Made by a program: the position numbers and the translations under genes | The notes under the pieces: generated by a model | Database searches by the model: none | Told to the model about the DNA's origin: nothing | Seen by the model: the letters and a program-made list of their open reading frames with translations, nothing else | Assembly (NCBI GenBank): GCA_025594325.1 | Contig: JANHCV010000007.1 | Span: 1,364,001 to 1,428,000, forward strand | Source: Blastocladiella emersonii ATCC 22665 | Lineage: Eukaryota > Fungi > Blastocladiomycota | Length of the DNA stretch: 64,000 nt | Reading direction: 5' to 3' | Part shown: one piece after another, positions 22,201-33,675 of the stretch | Numbering within the stretch: the stretch's first letter is position 1 | Layout of the letters: the number at the start of each line of letters is the position of its first letter

Positions 22201-23126
22201 GAGGCCCATGGCGGAATCACGTCGTCGGATCTCGCGGTCATGTCGCTCGTCGTCGACCGCATCGAGCTCGCGGCCGTTCAGCTGTGCCATGTTGCTGTGA
22301 TCGCCGAGGCGAGTACCGGCGCCCGCGCCCACCGCATGCTCCGCGCTGTCGTCCCCGCCGACGAGCAGTTCCCCGCGGGCCAGTGCCGCGTCGTCGTCGA
22401 CGGCGAGTCGCTTGGGTTTGTCACGAACCCGGTACGCTTTCTTCGCTCACTTGCACGTCGCCGCTCAGACACTGACCCGCCCCAACCTGCATGTAGCCCT
22501 TTCTCCCCGGCCAGCACTGCACGTGGGACCTGGGCGCCGACGACGCGGTGCTCGTTTCGTCCGTGACCCTGACGACGGACCTGACGCCCAAAGCGGACCC
22601 CGGTCTCCTCGCGCGGCTGCTCGCCAGCCGGTCCGAGGGCAAGGACGCGGTGCTGATGCAGTACACGCGGAAGTTCGCCGTGTACAACGCGCGCGCCGCG
22701 CCCATCGTCGTGCGCGCCGCCATCGGCCTGTACGCGCGGCCCATCTCGGACACGTCGGTGCTCGAGGTCCCGACGCTCGAGTCGCCCAAGCCCTGCCCGC
22801 TCAAAAAGCGCGACGACCGCGGCGTCGACCCGATCGCCGTTCTTACGGGAATGGCCGGCGATCTCGGGCTCAGCATGGTCCACCCGCAGGTCCGGTTCGG
22901 CGGCACCGTCAAGGCGCTCCCGTACGCGACGCCGATCTGGGACGCGGCGGTCGAGACGGCCGAAGGCGCCCGCGTCAAGGAGTGGCTCGCGCAGCAGGAT
23001 AACGCCGTGTCGCGTACCGTCTACTACGCGGGCGTCGTCCCGCCTGCGACCAAGACGGTCGACCGCAAGCTCACGTACACGGTCGCGCAGACGGCGATGG
23101 GCAAGGCTAAGGCCAAGGATGAGTGA
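19212..23126 (+). CDS. DUF4140/DUF4139-family protein with a large inserted FG-repeat (nucleoporin-like) region; introns 19541-19598, 20183-20247, 21110-21176, 22432-22496
   Basis: N-terminal VVLFPDSAQVHR and LTGITAAVDLDTLR (DUF4140-like), then a coiled coil. AWWPDY and TANVRQCTGENW (DUF4139 start); FPAGQCRVVVDG..GF and PGQHCTWDLGAD (DUF4139 end). All four splice junctions are in frame. Confidence 0.75.
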
Positions 23127-23211
23127 GTGATTTGTTGTTGATGTTCAGCATTTGTATAATCCTTAAAACATGTTTCGTTCACGAGTTGTTGATATCCGCT
23201 CAGTGCGCGGT

Positions 23212-23231
23212 CAGGTGAGTGGCGCGGCGCG
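23212..23231 (-). repeat. Degenerate copy of the 20-bp motif (CAGGTGAGTGGCGCGGCGCG)
   Basis: 18/20 identity to the 2365 copy; lies between convergent genes. Confidence 0.5.
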
Positions 23232-23290
23232 TCTTGGAGGCGAACATCGAGGGCACAAGCTAGATCTAATTAAGAATATTAGGAACACAA

Positions 23291-25980
23291 CTAGTGAGCA
23301 GCCGGCGCAATCTGCGGCTGGTTGACAACGACCACAGTCTCGAGCGGCGCGCCGTCGTGGCGGATCGCGCCCACATCGTCCTCTTCGTCCCCGTCGGCCG
23401 CCACGTTCTCCTCGTCCTCGTCCGTCGCGGCAGCAGCGCGCGGGCCGCCCCACGTCCGCTGGCGGACGGTCAAGAAGCTATAGAGCAAGATGGAGATCAT
23501 GAAGAAGGGGTTGAAGAAGTAGTAGGCGGGGAAGACGAGGACGGCCTTGAGCCGCTTCTCGAGCACGGCCCACACGGTGACGAAGAGCCAGTTCGGGATG
23601 ATGACGATGAGCAGCCACACGAGGTAGTCCCACTTGAACGTCGAGTAGTCGAAGATGAGGTTGAAGAGCAGCTCGACCAGCAGGATGTAGGTGATGGCGC
23701 CGCCGACCTTGAGGATCTGGAAGAACTTGGTCAGCATCAGCAGCGGGTACTTGCGCCAGAACAGCGGCGTGCACAGCATGATGAGCTCGTTGGTGATGGT
23801 GCCCAGGAACCACCGCCGCCGCTGCCGCAGCAGGTTGTTGAAGTTGCTGGGCGCCTCGGTCTTGCACATGGCCTGCGAGTTGAACCCGAGCGTGTACGTG
23901 CCCGGCCGCTCCATCAGCAGGTGCGTCATGTACCGGTCCTCGCCCAGGTACCGCTGCGCAAAGTCGAACGTCGACGCGATCTCGCGCTGGTAAAAGTAGT
24001 CCTGCGCAACGTCGAGCAGCACCGGGTACTTGAACATGGTCAGGACACCCGGGAGACACGTTACGGCGCCCATGAGGGCCTCGGCGTTGCGGAAGATCAT
24101 GGACTCGATGTACTCGGCGTCCTGCATGATGCGCCAGAAGTTGTAGCAGTCCTCGTTGCGGCTGACCACCATGCCCGTGACGGCGCGCGTCTGCGGCCGC
24201 CGCTGCACCTCGGCCACGAGCTGCGACACCGTGTCGGGCATGATCGCCGTGTCCGAGTCCATGAACAGAATGTACGGGTCCTCGACGTGGCCCTCGTTCT
24301 CGAGCTCCTGCTGCAGCCGCTCGAACATGTTGCGCTGCGTGCCCAGCTTGCCCGAGTGCTCGAACCGGCACACCGTGATCTGCGTCGACCGGTACTCGAG
24401 CGTGTACGCGTCGGGACAGTCCTCGGCCGTGAAGTCGAGCTCAGTCCGTCGCGGGCGGTTCTGGAAGACGCCGCCGTTACCGAGATTGAGCGCCGAGTCG
24501 CCCGCGAGCGACGCCGAGTATAGGCCGTCTGCGCCGCCGTCGAGCAGCGTAGCGTCGCCGAGATCGCCCGCCGTCATGGTCGTCGTCGGCGCCATGCTCG
24601 ACGGCCGGCTCGACAACGGCGTGAACTGGAGCGGCGGCGTGCTGGACCGCTGCGGGACACTGGCGACGGACCGAATTGACCCGGCGGCCGTCACGATCTG
24701 GTCGAACCCGTTGTACTTTTGCGACTTGCAGCCCATACGGCCGAGGACCGCCTTGTGGCTGAGGTTGGACGGGTCAATGTCGTCTTCAACCGCCGCTGTT
24801 GCCGCGGCAGCCTGCGGCGCGCGCCAGCGGAGCTCGGAGAACCGTTTCGCGACCGACTCGGAGCGCAGCGGGACGCCCGTCATGAGCCGGCACAGGGTGA
24901 AGAACTGCTGCTCGACGTCGTAGTTGTCGAACCCGACGAAGACGCGGAGCCGCGGGTAGTCGGACGCGGCGACGCCGTTGATGGCGCCCATCAGGTTCGG
25001 CAGCGGCTCGTTGTACGTCGGGATCAGCACGTAGACGAGTGGGAGCCCGTTCTCGGCGGCGCCGGACACCGCCGCGGGGGTGTGCACGGGCGCCGGCGGC
25101 TCGTCGCTCACGCCCGCGGGAGGAAGAAGCAGGCCCTGCGAGCGGAGGAACGCGTCCTTGCGCTCGTGAAAGTCCTTGCGCGCGCCGCGCGCGTACAGCC
25201 AGTCGCTCGATAGCTTGATGATGGCTAGGTGATGGGGAATGGGCAGGGACGCGGTGGTGAGCAAACGGTCGCGCCCGATCGCATCAGCCCGTGACGCTCG
25301 CGAACACAGCGCTGAAACTGAGCCACGCGAAGCGGTGTCCCGTTTCAGCACTCGAGCGCGACGCGTGAAAGCAAGCGGGGGGCGACGACGACGTACCGAC
25401 CACCATGTTGACGACGACCGGGAACATGGCCATGGCCAGGAAGCAGTACATGAGCGGGTCGAGACGGTGGCGCGTCGCCTCGGCCGTGATTTTATAGAAT
25501 GACGAGCTGTACTTGGAGAACTGCAGCGTCACGACCGTGACTAGACAAGGAAGGCGCTGGCGGTGAGCGACGGGCTCGTCGTCTGGTTGGTGCAGCCGCT
25601 GCGGCCAGCGGTCCGCTCCACGACCACCGCAAGCGTTTGGGCAAGTGCGACGACGTACAGTATGTGAACGAGTCCATGAAGTGCGTGTACAGCAGAAACA
25701 TGACGACGACGAGCGCGGGCGTGGCCTTGTCGCTCCACGAGGCGTCGAGCTTGGCGCGCTTCTCGACGCCCATGCGGTAGATGTTCACGAACGACCACGA
25801 GTGGAAGACCCAGTGCGAGACCAGGTACGTCAGGATGAAGGCCAGCATCGCGTAGAACAGGATCTGCAGCGCGACGGTGCCCGCGGTCGGCAGGTTGTCG
25901 ACGGGCGCCTTGGCGAACTGCGCGCCGGCCGGGAGCGACGCCGTCGCGCCGGACAGCGGATCGGGCGAGGTCGAGTACAT
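23291..25980 (-). CDS. CHS: Chitin synthase (GT2), compact class VI/D-like type; introns in the 5' part (about 25.23-25.40 and 25.54-25.66 kb)
   Basis: LIPTYNE, FMDSD, TCLPG, LGEDRY and LLRQRRRW catalytic motifs; N- and C-terminal TM segments; no myosin or cytochrome b5 domain. Confidence 0.92.
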
Positions 25981-26598
25981 GGGCGAGCGGCGCGGCGTGC
26001 TGGTGATGATCCGTAGCGGTTATACTAAGTGTCGATCCGCTTGAGCGAAGGGAGAGAGAGCGCGCGAAGGAGCTCGCGGGGCGGGAGGGCGGGAGGGACA
26101 GACGACGGCTAGTAGTTTCAACAAGGAGCGTTACACGTTGCTCCGACGAACACCCAACGACATGCTACCATTCCAGGCACCCGGCATCACCGAACCTGCC
26201 TTAGCGGCGCGCTATCAGTTCCTTCGGCACGTTGTTGTTCGCACCGACGGATTCTATAAGCGCGTGGGCGGGGTGATCTGAAACGGGCATCCGTCCACTT
26301 GCGACACGGGCAGTGGCAGTTTCAGTGACTTGCCCCGCCCAGCGCATCGGATGCCCGCGTTGCGCCACAGCAGGAATGCATGGGCCAAAGTCAAAGCTCT
26401 GGGACCACTTGCGCGCGGGCACGGCGTTCTGAGGTCGTCGCAATCGCGATCGCTGCGGACGTCCGTTCATGCGCGCGCGCGCCGCGGTGATCGGGGCTCC
26501 GATGGCGGCTATCGCGCGCTCGTCGCTCTTCGAAGCGGGATTCGGTGTGGCGACGAGCGCTCGTCGTCCGCAGGCTCCAGACCGGACCCCTGTTCAGA

Positions 26599-26617
26599 CG
26601 CGCTGCGCCACTCACGT
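26599..26617 (+). repeat. Inverted copy of the 20-bp motif (CGCGCTGCGCCACTCACGT), about 145 bp upstream of the ankyrin-like gene
   Basis: Exact 19-bp reverse complement of 2366-2384. Confidence 0.8.
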
Positions 26618-26760
26618 TCGCCGCCCTGCCAGAACCCGACTTTGGGCGCCCCCTGGTTCCGGTGCCTCGCCAACTCACCCGAGCTTCGTATCCGTCAAGC
26701 CAGGGGTTCTGGCCAAGGTCGACCTCGCGCCTTCTCTCCCCGCAATGCGATAATAGAACC

Positions 26761-28167
26761 ATGTATCTCCCATACGAGCTCGTCGAGCCGATCCTCGTCT
26801 ACGCAGCCGCCGTGCCGGGCCAGTCGGCACTTGACCTGAGCCAGCTCCTCGCCGTGCTCCCGCGCGGGCGCGACGACAGCAACACCAAGCTAGCTCGCGC
26901 GGTTGTCCGCTGCATACCGCGGCATCGGAACGTTGCCTACGAAGCCTCGCGGCACGGCCACGTCAGCCTGCTCGACCTGCTCCTGCTGCCCGGCGTGCCG
27001 GTCCCGCCGTACGACGAGTCCGCGCTGGACTACGCGAGCGGGGCGGGCCACGTGGCGGTGCTCGAGTGGTGGAAGCGGTCGGGGCTCACGCTGCGGTACT
27101 CGGCGGCGGCCATGTGGCGGGCGAGCGCGGGCGGGCACGTTGCCGTGCTTGACTGGTGGAAATTAAGTGGATTGCCCGTCCTCTACGGCGCCAAGACGAT
27201 GAAGGCCGCGTCGCGCAACGGGCACATCCACGTGCTCGACTGGTGGCTCAAGGAGTCGGGCCTGCCCGTCAAGTACGACTACAAGGCCGTCGACGCGGCG
27301 TCCGTGTCCGCGCGCATCGACGTGCTCGACTGGTGGCTCGCGAGTGGGCTGCCGCTCAAGTACTCGAAGCGTGCGCTGAACGCCGCGAGCGCACACGGGC
27401 GGATCGCCGCGCTAAAGTGGTGGCGGCGATCGGGGCTCCCGCTCAAGTACACGCGGTGGGTCTTCGACAAGGCGTGTGCGGCGGGCCACCTCGAGTGCGT
27501 GCGGTGGTGGTGCGAGGATAGCGGCCTCACCGCTCCCAACGACAACACGATTGTGTGGTCCGCGTTCGACGACGCGAGCTGGCGCGGCCACGTCGCGGTC
27601 CTCGCGTACCTCGACTCCCGCGGGCTTATCAGGGGGAGCATCAAGGGCGCGATCGATCGCGCCGCGTCGAACGGTCAGCTCGACGCGCTCAAGTGGTGGC
27701 ACGCGTCGCGGTCCGCGTTCGAGTACTCGACGACCGCGATCGACGGCGCGAGCTCGGGCGGGCACGTCCACGTCCTCGAGTGGTGGAAGGCCGCGGGGCT
27801 CGAGGTCCGGTACACGACGTGGGCCGTCAACTCGGCCAGCGCCCAGGGCCGCGTCGCGGTCCTCGACTGGTGGCTCGCGAGCGGGCTCGAGGTGCGGTAC
27901 ACCGAGGACGCGGTCATGTTCGCAAGCCGCAACGGCCGCGTCAATGTTTTGGAGTGGTGGAAGGCCAGCGGTCTTGAGCTACGGTACGACGAGCGCGCGC
28001 TCAAGGAGGCGACCGATTACGGCCAGCTGGGCGTCCTCGACTGGTGGAAGAATAGCGGGCTCGAGATGCGGTTCGCGCGCGAGTGGGTCCTCACGCTGTC
28101 GCGGCGGTACCGCCAGGAGAGGATGGTCCAGTGGTGGGCCAACTCGGGGCTCACGTCAACCTCATAG
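26761..28167 (+). CDS. Degenerate ankyrin-like repeat protein (about 11 repeats ASxxGHVxVLDWWxxSGLxL[KR]Y) with F-box-like N-terminus
   Basis: The roughly 35-aa repeat is visible in translation. N-terminus LPYELVEPIL; ATG at 26761; intronless. Confidence 0.85.
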   Translation: MYLPYELVEPILVYAAAVPGQSALDLSQLLAVLPRGRDDSNTKLARAVVRCIPRHRNVAYEASRHGHVSLLDLLLLPGVPVPPYDESALDYASGAGHVAVLEWWKRSGLTLRYSAAAMWRASAGGHVAVLDWWKLSGLPVLYGAKTMKAASRNGHIHVLDWWLKESGLPVKYDYKAVDAASVSARIDVLDWWLASGLPLKYSKRALNAASAHGRIAALKWWRRSGLPLKYTRWVFDKACAAGHLECVRWWCEDSGLTAPNDNTIVWSAFDDASWRGHVAVLAYLDSRGLIRGSIKGAIDRAASNGQLDALKWWHASRSAFEYSTTAIDGASSGGHVHVLEWWKAAGLEVRYTTWAVNSASAQGRVAVLDWWLASGLEVRYTEDAVMFASRNGRVNVLEWWKASGLELRYDERALKEATDYGQLGVLDWWKNSGLEMRFAREWVLTLSRRYRQERMVQWWANSGLTSTS

Positions 28168-28327
28168 ACGTAGCTTTCTGCTTGATCATGGCCGCGGACT
28201 ACGCTCACAGATCTGCGACATGGAAAACCGTTTATGAGGATACGCAACGCGAAAGAAGAACGACAGAGTGTGGGTAGTGGCCGCGCGCCTCGCTGAGCGC
28301 GTCGCCGCCGTCTAGTGGACGGCCTCG

Positions 28328-31300
28328 CTAGTCGAGGCTCTGGTACCCGCCCTTGGTCGCCGTCGGCGCGCCGCCGCCACCGCTGGACCCGGGCGCGGGG
28401 AGCGCGACGCTGCTGGTGCTACCGTGCAGCGTGCCGGACGTGGCGTGGTGGACGGGCACGGCCGCGGCCGCGCTTGTTGGCGAGAGCGACGCGCGGCTGC
28501 TCTTGGCGTCGACCTTGAGTGCGCCGAGCGGCGACAGCGTCGGGTTGCTTCCGACGACAGACGCGGGGGACCGGGCCGGCCCCGCGGCCGCGGCGCCGCC
28601 GGCGGACCCGCCGAGCGTGTTCTGCGACGCGCGGATGGCGGGGCTCAGCGGGCCAGCGCCGGTACCGAGGCGGCGCGACCCGCGCAGGGCGTGGAAGACG
28701 CGGAGCTGGGTCTGGACCGACGAGATGGCGCCGATCCACTGGAGGCGCTCCTTGGTCATGAACACGCGCTCGTCGGCGGGCGGCGTGTAGAACCAGTCGG
28801 GGAGCAGGCGGATGATGATGCCGACGGGGATCGACAGGAAGCCGATGGCGATGCACGCGAGCCACTCGCCGGCGTTGAGCGGGACCGTCTGGAACGCGGA
28901 CCGGCCGAACTGCACGATCACGACCTGCAGGAGGATCGTCAGGAGCATGATGGTAACAAAGTACGGGTTGCGGTGGATCCCCTTGAACACGTTCAGGTGG
29001 TTGTCGAGGCGGCGGCAGCTACACGGCGCATCAGAGAGTCAGTGGTTGCTCTCAACCGATAGCGCGAAACGACGTACTTGATCTCGTTGAAAATCTGGAG
29101 GAAGATGAACGCGTTGAACACGAGCGTGTTGAGCTTGTCCGTGTCAGCCCCAAAGATCTGCGGCCCGATGAAGAGCGCGAGGAGGTTGATGACGATCTGG
29201 AACGACGCCTGGCCGAGTACCATCTTCCACATCGAGTACGAGATGAGCGGGGCCGTCTTGGAGTCGGGGTGGCGCTCGAGCATCTCGGCCGTCGGCGGCT
29301 CCGTGGCGAGCGCGAGCGCCGCGAGCGAGTCCATGATCAGGTTGACCCACAGGAGCTGCACCGCCGTGAGCACAGACCGCTGCGTCGACGACGCCACGGC
29401 CGAGACAAACGTCACGACGACCGCCGTCACGTTGACCGTCAGCTGGAACTGGAGGAACTTGCGCACCGAGTCGTTGACCGACCGGCCCCACAGGATCGCC
29501 TTGACAATGCTCGCGAAATTGTCGTCCATGAGGATGATCGACGACGCCTCCTTGGCCACCTCGGTCCCGGCGATCCCCATGCTGAACCCGACGTCGGCCA
29601 TCTTGAGCGCCGGCCTACGTTGCACACACACATGCGTCAGTAACCCGCCATCCCCACCCCACCGCAACGCAATCCGTACCCATCGTTCGTCCCATCGCCC
29701 GTAACCGCGACCACCTCGCCGAGCGCCTGGAGCCGCTCGACGAGCAGCTGCTTGTCGGTGGGCGACGACCGGGCGAGGACCTGGAGCCGTGGGATGATCT
29801 TGTCCATGGACTCCTGCGAGAGCCGGCGGAACGCGCGGCCCTCCATCACGATCCCGCCGCGGTTGTAGATACCGCACTTGGACGCGATGGCGCGCGCCGT
29901 CGCGACGTTATCGCCCGTGACCATGCGCACGAACACGCCGGCGCGCTGGCACTGCTCGACGGCCTCGGGGACGCCCGGGCGGACCGGGTCCTCGATGCCG
30001 ACGATCCCGAGCAGGACCAGGCCCGCGCCGTGCATGTTGCCCGACCACGCCGCCGTGTACTTGGCCTTGTCGACCGACGACGCGCCGGGGAGCGACGTCG
30101 CCTGGAACGCGGGCGCAGCGGGGGCAGCAGCAGCGCCGGCCGCGTTGAGGCGTGGGTCCGACGGGAAGTTGCTGAGGCTGGCGCCGAGTTCGCTGTTGAG
30201 CTCGGTCGACACGTTCATGGACAGCTCGCCGCCGCCGTTGCCCGAGGACGTGAGCGGGAGCGTGGTGACGAGGTCGTCGGGGAGCGAGGACCGGGGCGCG
30301 TCGAGGTACGCGATGGCGATGGTGCGGAGACTGTCCTGCGCGTACGCGTCGATGAGCGCCGTGAGCTGCTGCACGCGGTGCGGCGTCAGCGGCTGCGGGC
30401 CCTTGCCGCGGATGTACACGGACGCGCAGTGCGCGAGGACGATCTCGGACGCGCCCTTGACGTGCAGGCGGACGTGGTCGCCGTTGTCGTTCGCTGCCGC
30501 GTGCTTGACGATGGTGCCCATCCACTTGTTGGCCGACGAGAACGGGTAGACGTGGACCGTCTGCGCGGCGGCGCGGTACGCGGCGTAGTCGACGCCGGCG
30601 CGCCGCTGCATGTCGAGCAGCGCCGTCTCGGTCTTGGACCCGATGAACACCTTCTGGCCCGACTTGGAGTCGAGGTCCTCGAACGCCGACGAGTTGAGCG
30701 CAATGTTCTCCTGGAGCAGCTCCCACATGGTCTGGTCGTCGCCGATGAGCACCTTGAGCCGCGCCGCGTCGTCCGGGTGCGCCATGTCCGTCTGGCCGTG
30801 CATCGATTTGGGGGAGGAGGGCGACGAGGGCGACGACGTGACCGTGGCCGCCTTGGACGTCCACCCGCCGCCGACATCGTGTTCCGGGTGCCCAATGTGC
30901 GCGCGCACGACCGTCATGCGGTTCTGCGTCAGCGTGCCCGTCTTGTCCGAGCACACGGTGGTCGCGTTGCCCATGACCTCGCACGACGCGAGCACGCGCA
31001 CGAGGTTGTTGTCCTGGAGCATCTTCTTGGTCGCGAAGGCGAGCGAGAGCGTGACGGCGAGAGGGAGGCCCTCGGGGACGGCGACGACGAGGACCGTGAT
31101 GGTGGTGATGAAGATCTGAGTGATGGCCTCGACAATTTGGGGGGCGGACTGCTTGTTGGGCCCGTCGGCGAAGCCGCCGTTGATGGCCGTGGTCGCGAAA
31201 TACTTGATGAGCAGCACGATCAGCATGGTCAGGGCCGCGGCGCCGCCCAGCTTGGCAATGTCCTCGGCAAGCCCGTTCAGCTTCTCCTGCAGCGGTGTCT

Positions 31301-32693
31301 CGCTGTCCTCGGTGCGCATCGCTACACGTTCGGTCACGGATGAGTTTTGGGTCCGCGAAAACAGAGTCGCGGGAAGAAAACGTACACATCATGGTGCGGC
31401 CATGGAACGAGTTGGGCCCGACGGCAATGACGAGGCAGTGGCCAGTACCCTCCTGGACCTTGCTCCCCGAAATCAGGAACACGTCGTGCTCGAACCCCTT
31501 CTTGATCGCGTCCGACTCGCCGGTGGCGGCCGACTCGTCGCACCGGACGCCGTGGCCGGTGATGAAGACGGCGTCGGCGGGGAGCACGTCGCCGGGCTCG
31601 AGGCACAGGACGTCGCCGACGAGCAGGTCGTAGACGGAGATGAGGGTGGTGTTGCCGTTGCGCAGGACCTTGACGACGCGGTCGTCGACCTTCTTGGACA
31701 GGGCGCGGAACTGGCGCTCCTTTTGCCAGTCGTTGACGGAGCCGACGAGCACCACGATGACCACGGCCACGATGATGGCCACGCCCTCGACCCACTTGAT
31801 CTTCTCCGGCGCGTGGCCGTCCTTGTCGGGCGGGTGCTCCATGCCGTAGTCCTCGTAGATGCCGATGCCGAGCGAGACGAGCGCCGCACAAGTCAGGAAA
31901 ATCTAGCCGCGCGCGGGAGAGCGGGTGAGCGGGATCGGTGGGTTTCGTGCCGAAGGTGAACCGTACCAGCGTCTTGTCCTGCAGCGCGGCCCACATGAGC
32001 TCTACACGACCGAGAGTCAGTGCCGACCGAGGACGCAACCGATCAAGGCGGGAACGCACGAAAGATGGTCTTGGACGCGACCTCGGGCAGCCGGTTCTCG
32101 CCGTACACGCCGAGCCGGGCCTTCATGACCTCGGCGGTACTCCCGTCGTCGGCCGCGACGGGCGCGCCGTCGGCGTCGACGACGACCGTGGTGGGCATAT
32201 CGCGGAGCGCGAGCCCGTCGTTGGACGCGCCGACCGACTCGGCGCGGCCGAGCAGCGGGCGGTCGTTGACGTCGTCGGGATCCTTGGACCGGGCGCCGCC
32301 CGTGGACCGCGACGACCGGCCGGCGGGCGAGGATCCGCTGGGTGAGAGGGCCTCGGTCGATGGAGACGGTGCAGGTGAAGCCGACGACGACCACGGGTAC
32401 TTGCGGGCGTTGGCGGCCTGGCGCTTGTTCCACGCGGTGCTCGGCGGGACGTAGTCGGCGGGCGGGCACAGGCCGCGGGCCGGGTCGACGCGCAGCGCCG
32501 CGGCGATGCCCGAGGTGCCGCCGAGCGCGTCGTACGCGGCGCGGTCCTTGTGCTCGATGAGGCCCGAGAGCGCGGAGGGGGACACGGCGAAGGGCGCGTG
32601 GCTCGCCGCCGGGGTATCGGACCCGCCGCTGCCGCGCCTTGCAAGGCCGCCGGTGAGCAGCTCGTGCGTGCTCTGTCGTAGAGCGGACGTCAT
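28328..32693 (-). CDS. PMC1: P2B-type Ca2+-transporting ATPase (PMCA/Pmc1), multi-exon
   Basis: [60 protein letters not shown]; C-terminal CaM-binding-like helix. Confidence 0.95.
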
Positions 32694-33675
32694 GGTGGTG
32701 GTGAAGTGGATGGTTGGATGGAGAGGAAGGGTGCTTGGCTACATTCGCAACTGAGGCAGGGAAGGGAAGGTGGTGCGTTAGCGCGGATGCGATGCGATCG
32801 AGGTCGCGTCGCAAAGCGGGGAGAAGGACGAGGCGCAGCAGCAGTACCGTTGCGTCGCGCCGGGTGTCGTGGGGGCAGCTCACAGCTCCGTACAGCCGAG
32901 CGGAGCGCGCGCGCGTGGAAGCGCGGAGGAGAAGGGTCGGGCGGGAGACGAGACGCGCGGCGAGCCGCGGATTCTGGGTCGCGCGCGGAGACAGCGGGCG
33001 CGGGTGATATCACGCGCTTGCCGATGGACTTGGAGTTGCGCGCGGGCAGGGCAGAGGGAGCCGAGGCGCAGCAGGTCTCGTTGCGGGGAGTGCCGAGGCC
33101 GGCGTGGGTCGCGGCGGGACATAGATGATGGAGGCATGCCTCGCGGGTCGGCGCGCGGTGCGACACGCGTCGCGGAATCACGTTTCGGGTAGGAGACACG
33201 CACGCGTCGTGAACGCCCCGGCGCCGGCTGAGCCTCCCCGCCTTCCTCGCCGGGCGACGCGGCCGCGCTGACGGGTTCGCGAACGGGCTTCCATTTTGTC
33301 TCGCGCGCGCTGTCTCCCTTCCATTCTCGCGGCCCGCGCCCCCCGACGCGCCAGACGGCCGGATCACGCATGTCGGTCCCCCTTCTCTTAATGGTGACGC
33401 CTCCACTTGCTCTGCACCAAGTGAACGTTCCCTCGCTTCAATGTAAACGTCGCGTCGTCACGTGAAGTGTGTCTCCCACCGCGCACGTGACGGACGCGTG
33501 GAGGGATCGGCGCCCCGCGCTCCCACGCGTCGCCGCGCCGTGTTCGCGAACGCGTGGTTGCTCGGATCAACTCTCACGCTGTTCTCATGCATAAAGCGGC
33601 CCTCGCCCCCCGTCGCGTGCCCGCCCTCTCTCTCGCCTGTACCGCTCGACTGAGCCCGCCACCACGAATCGAACC

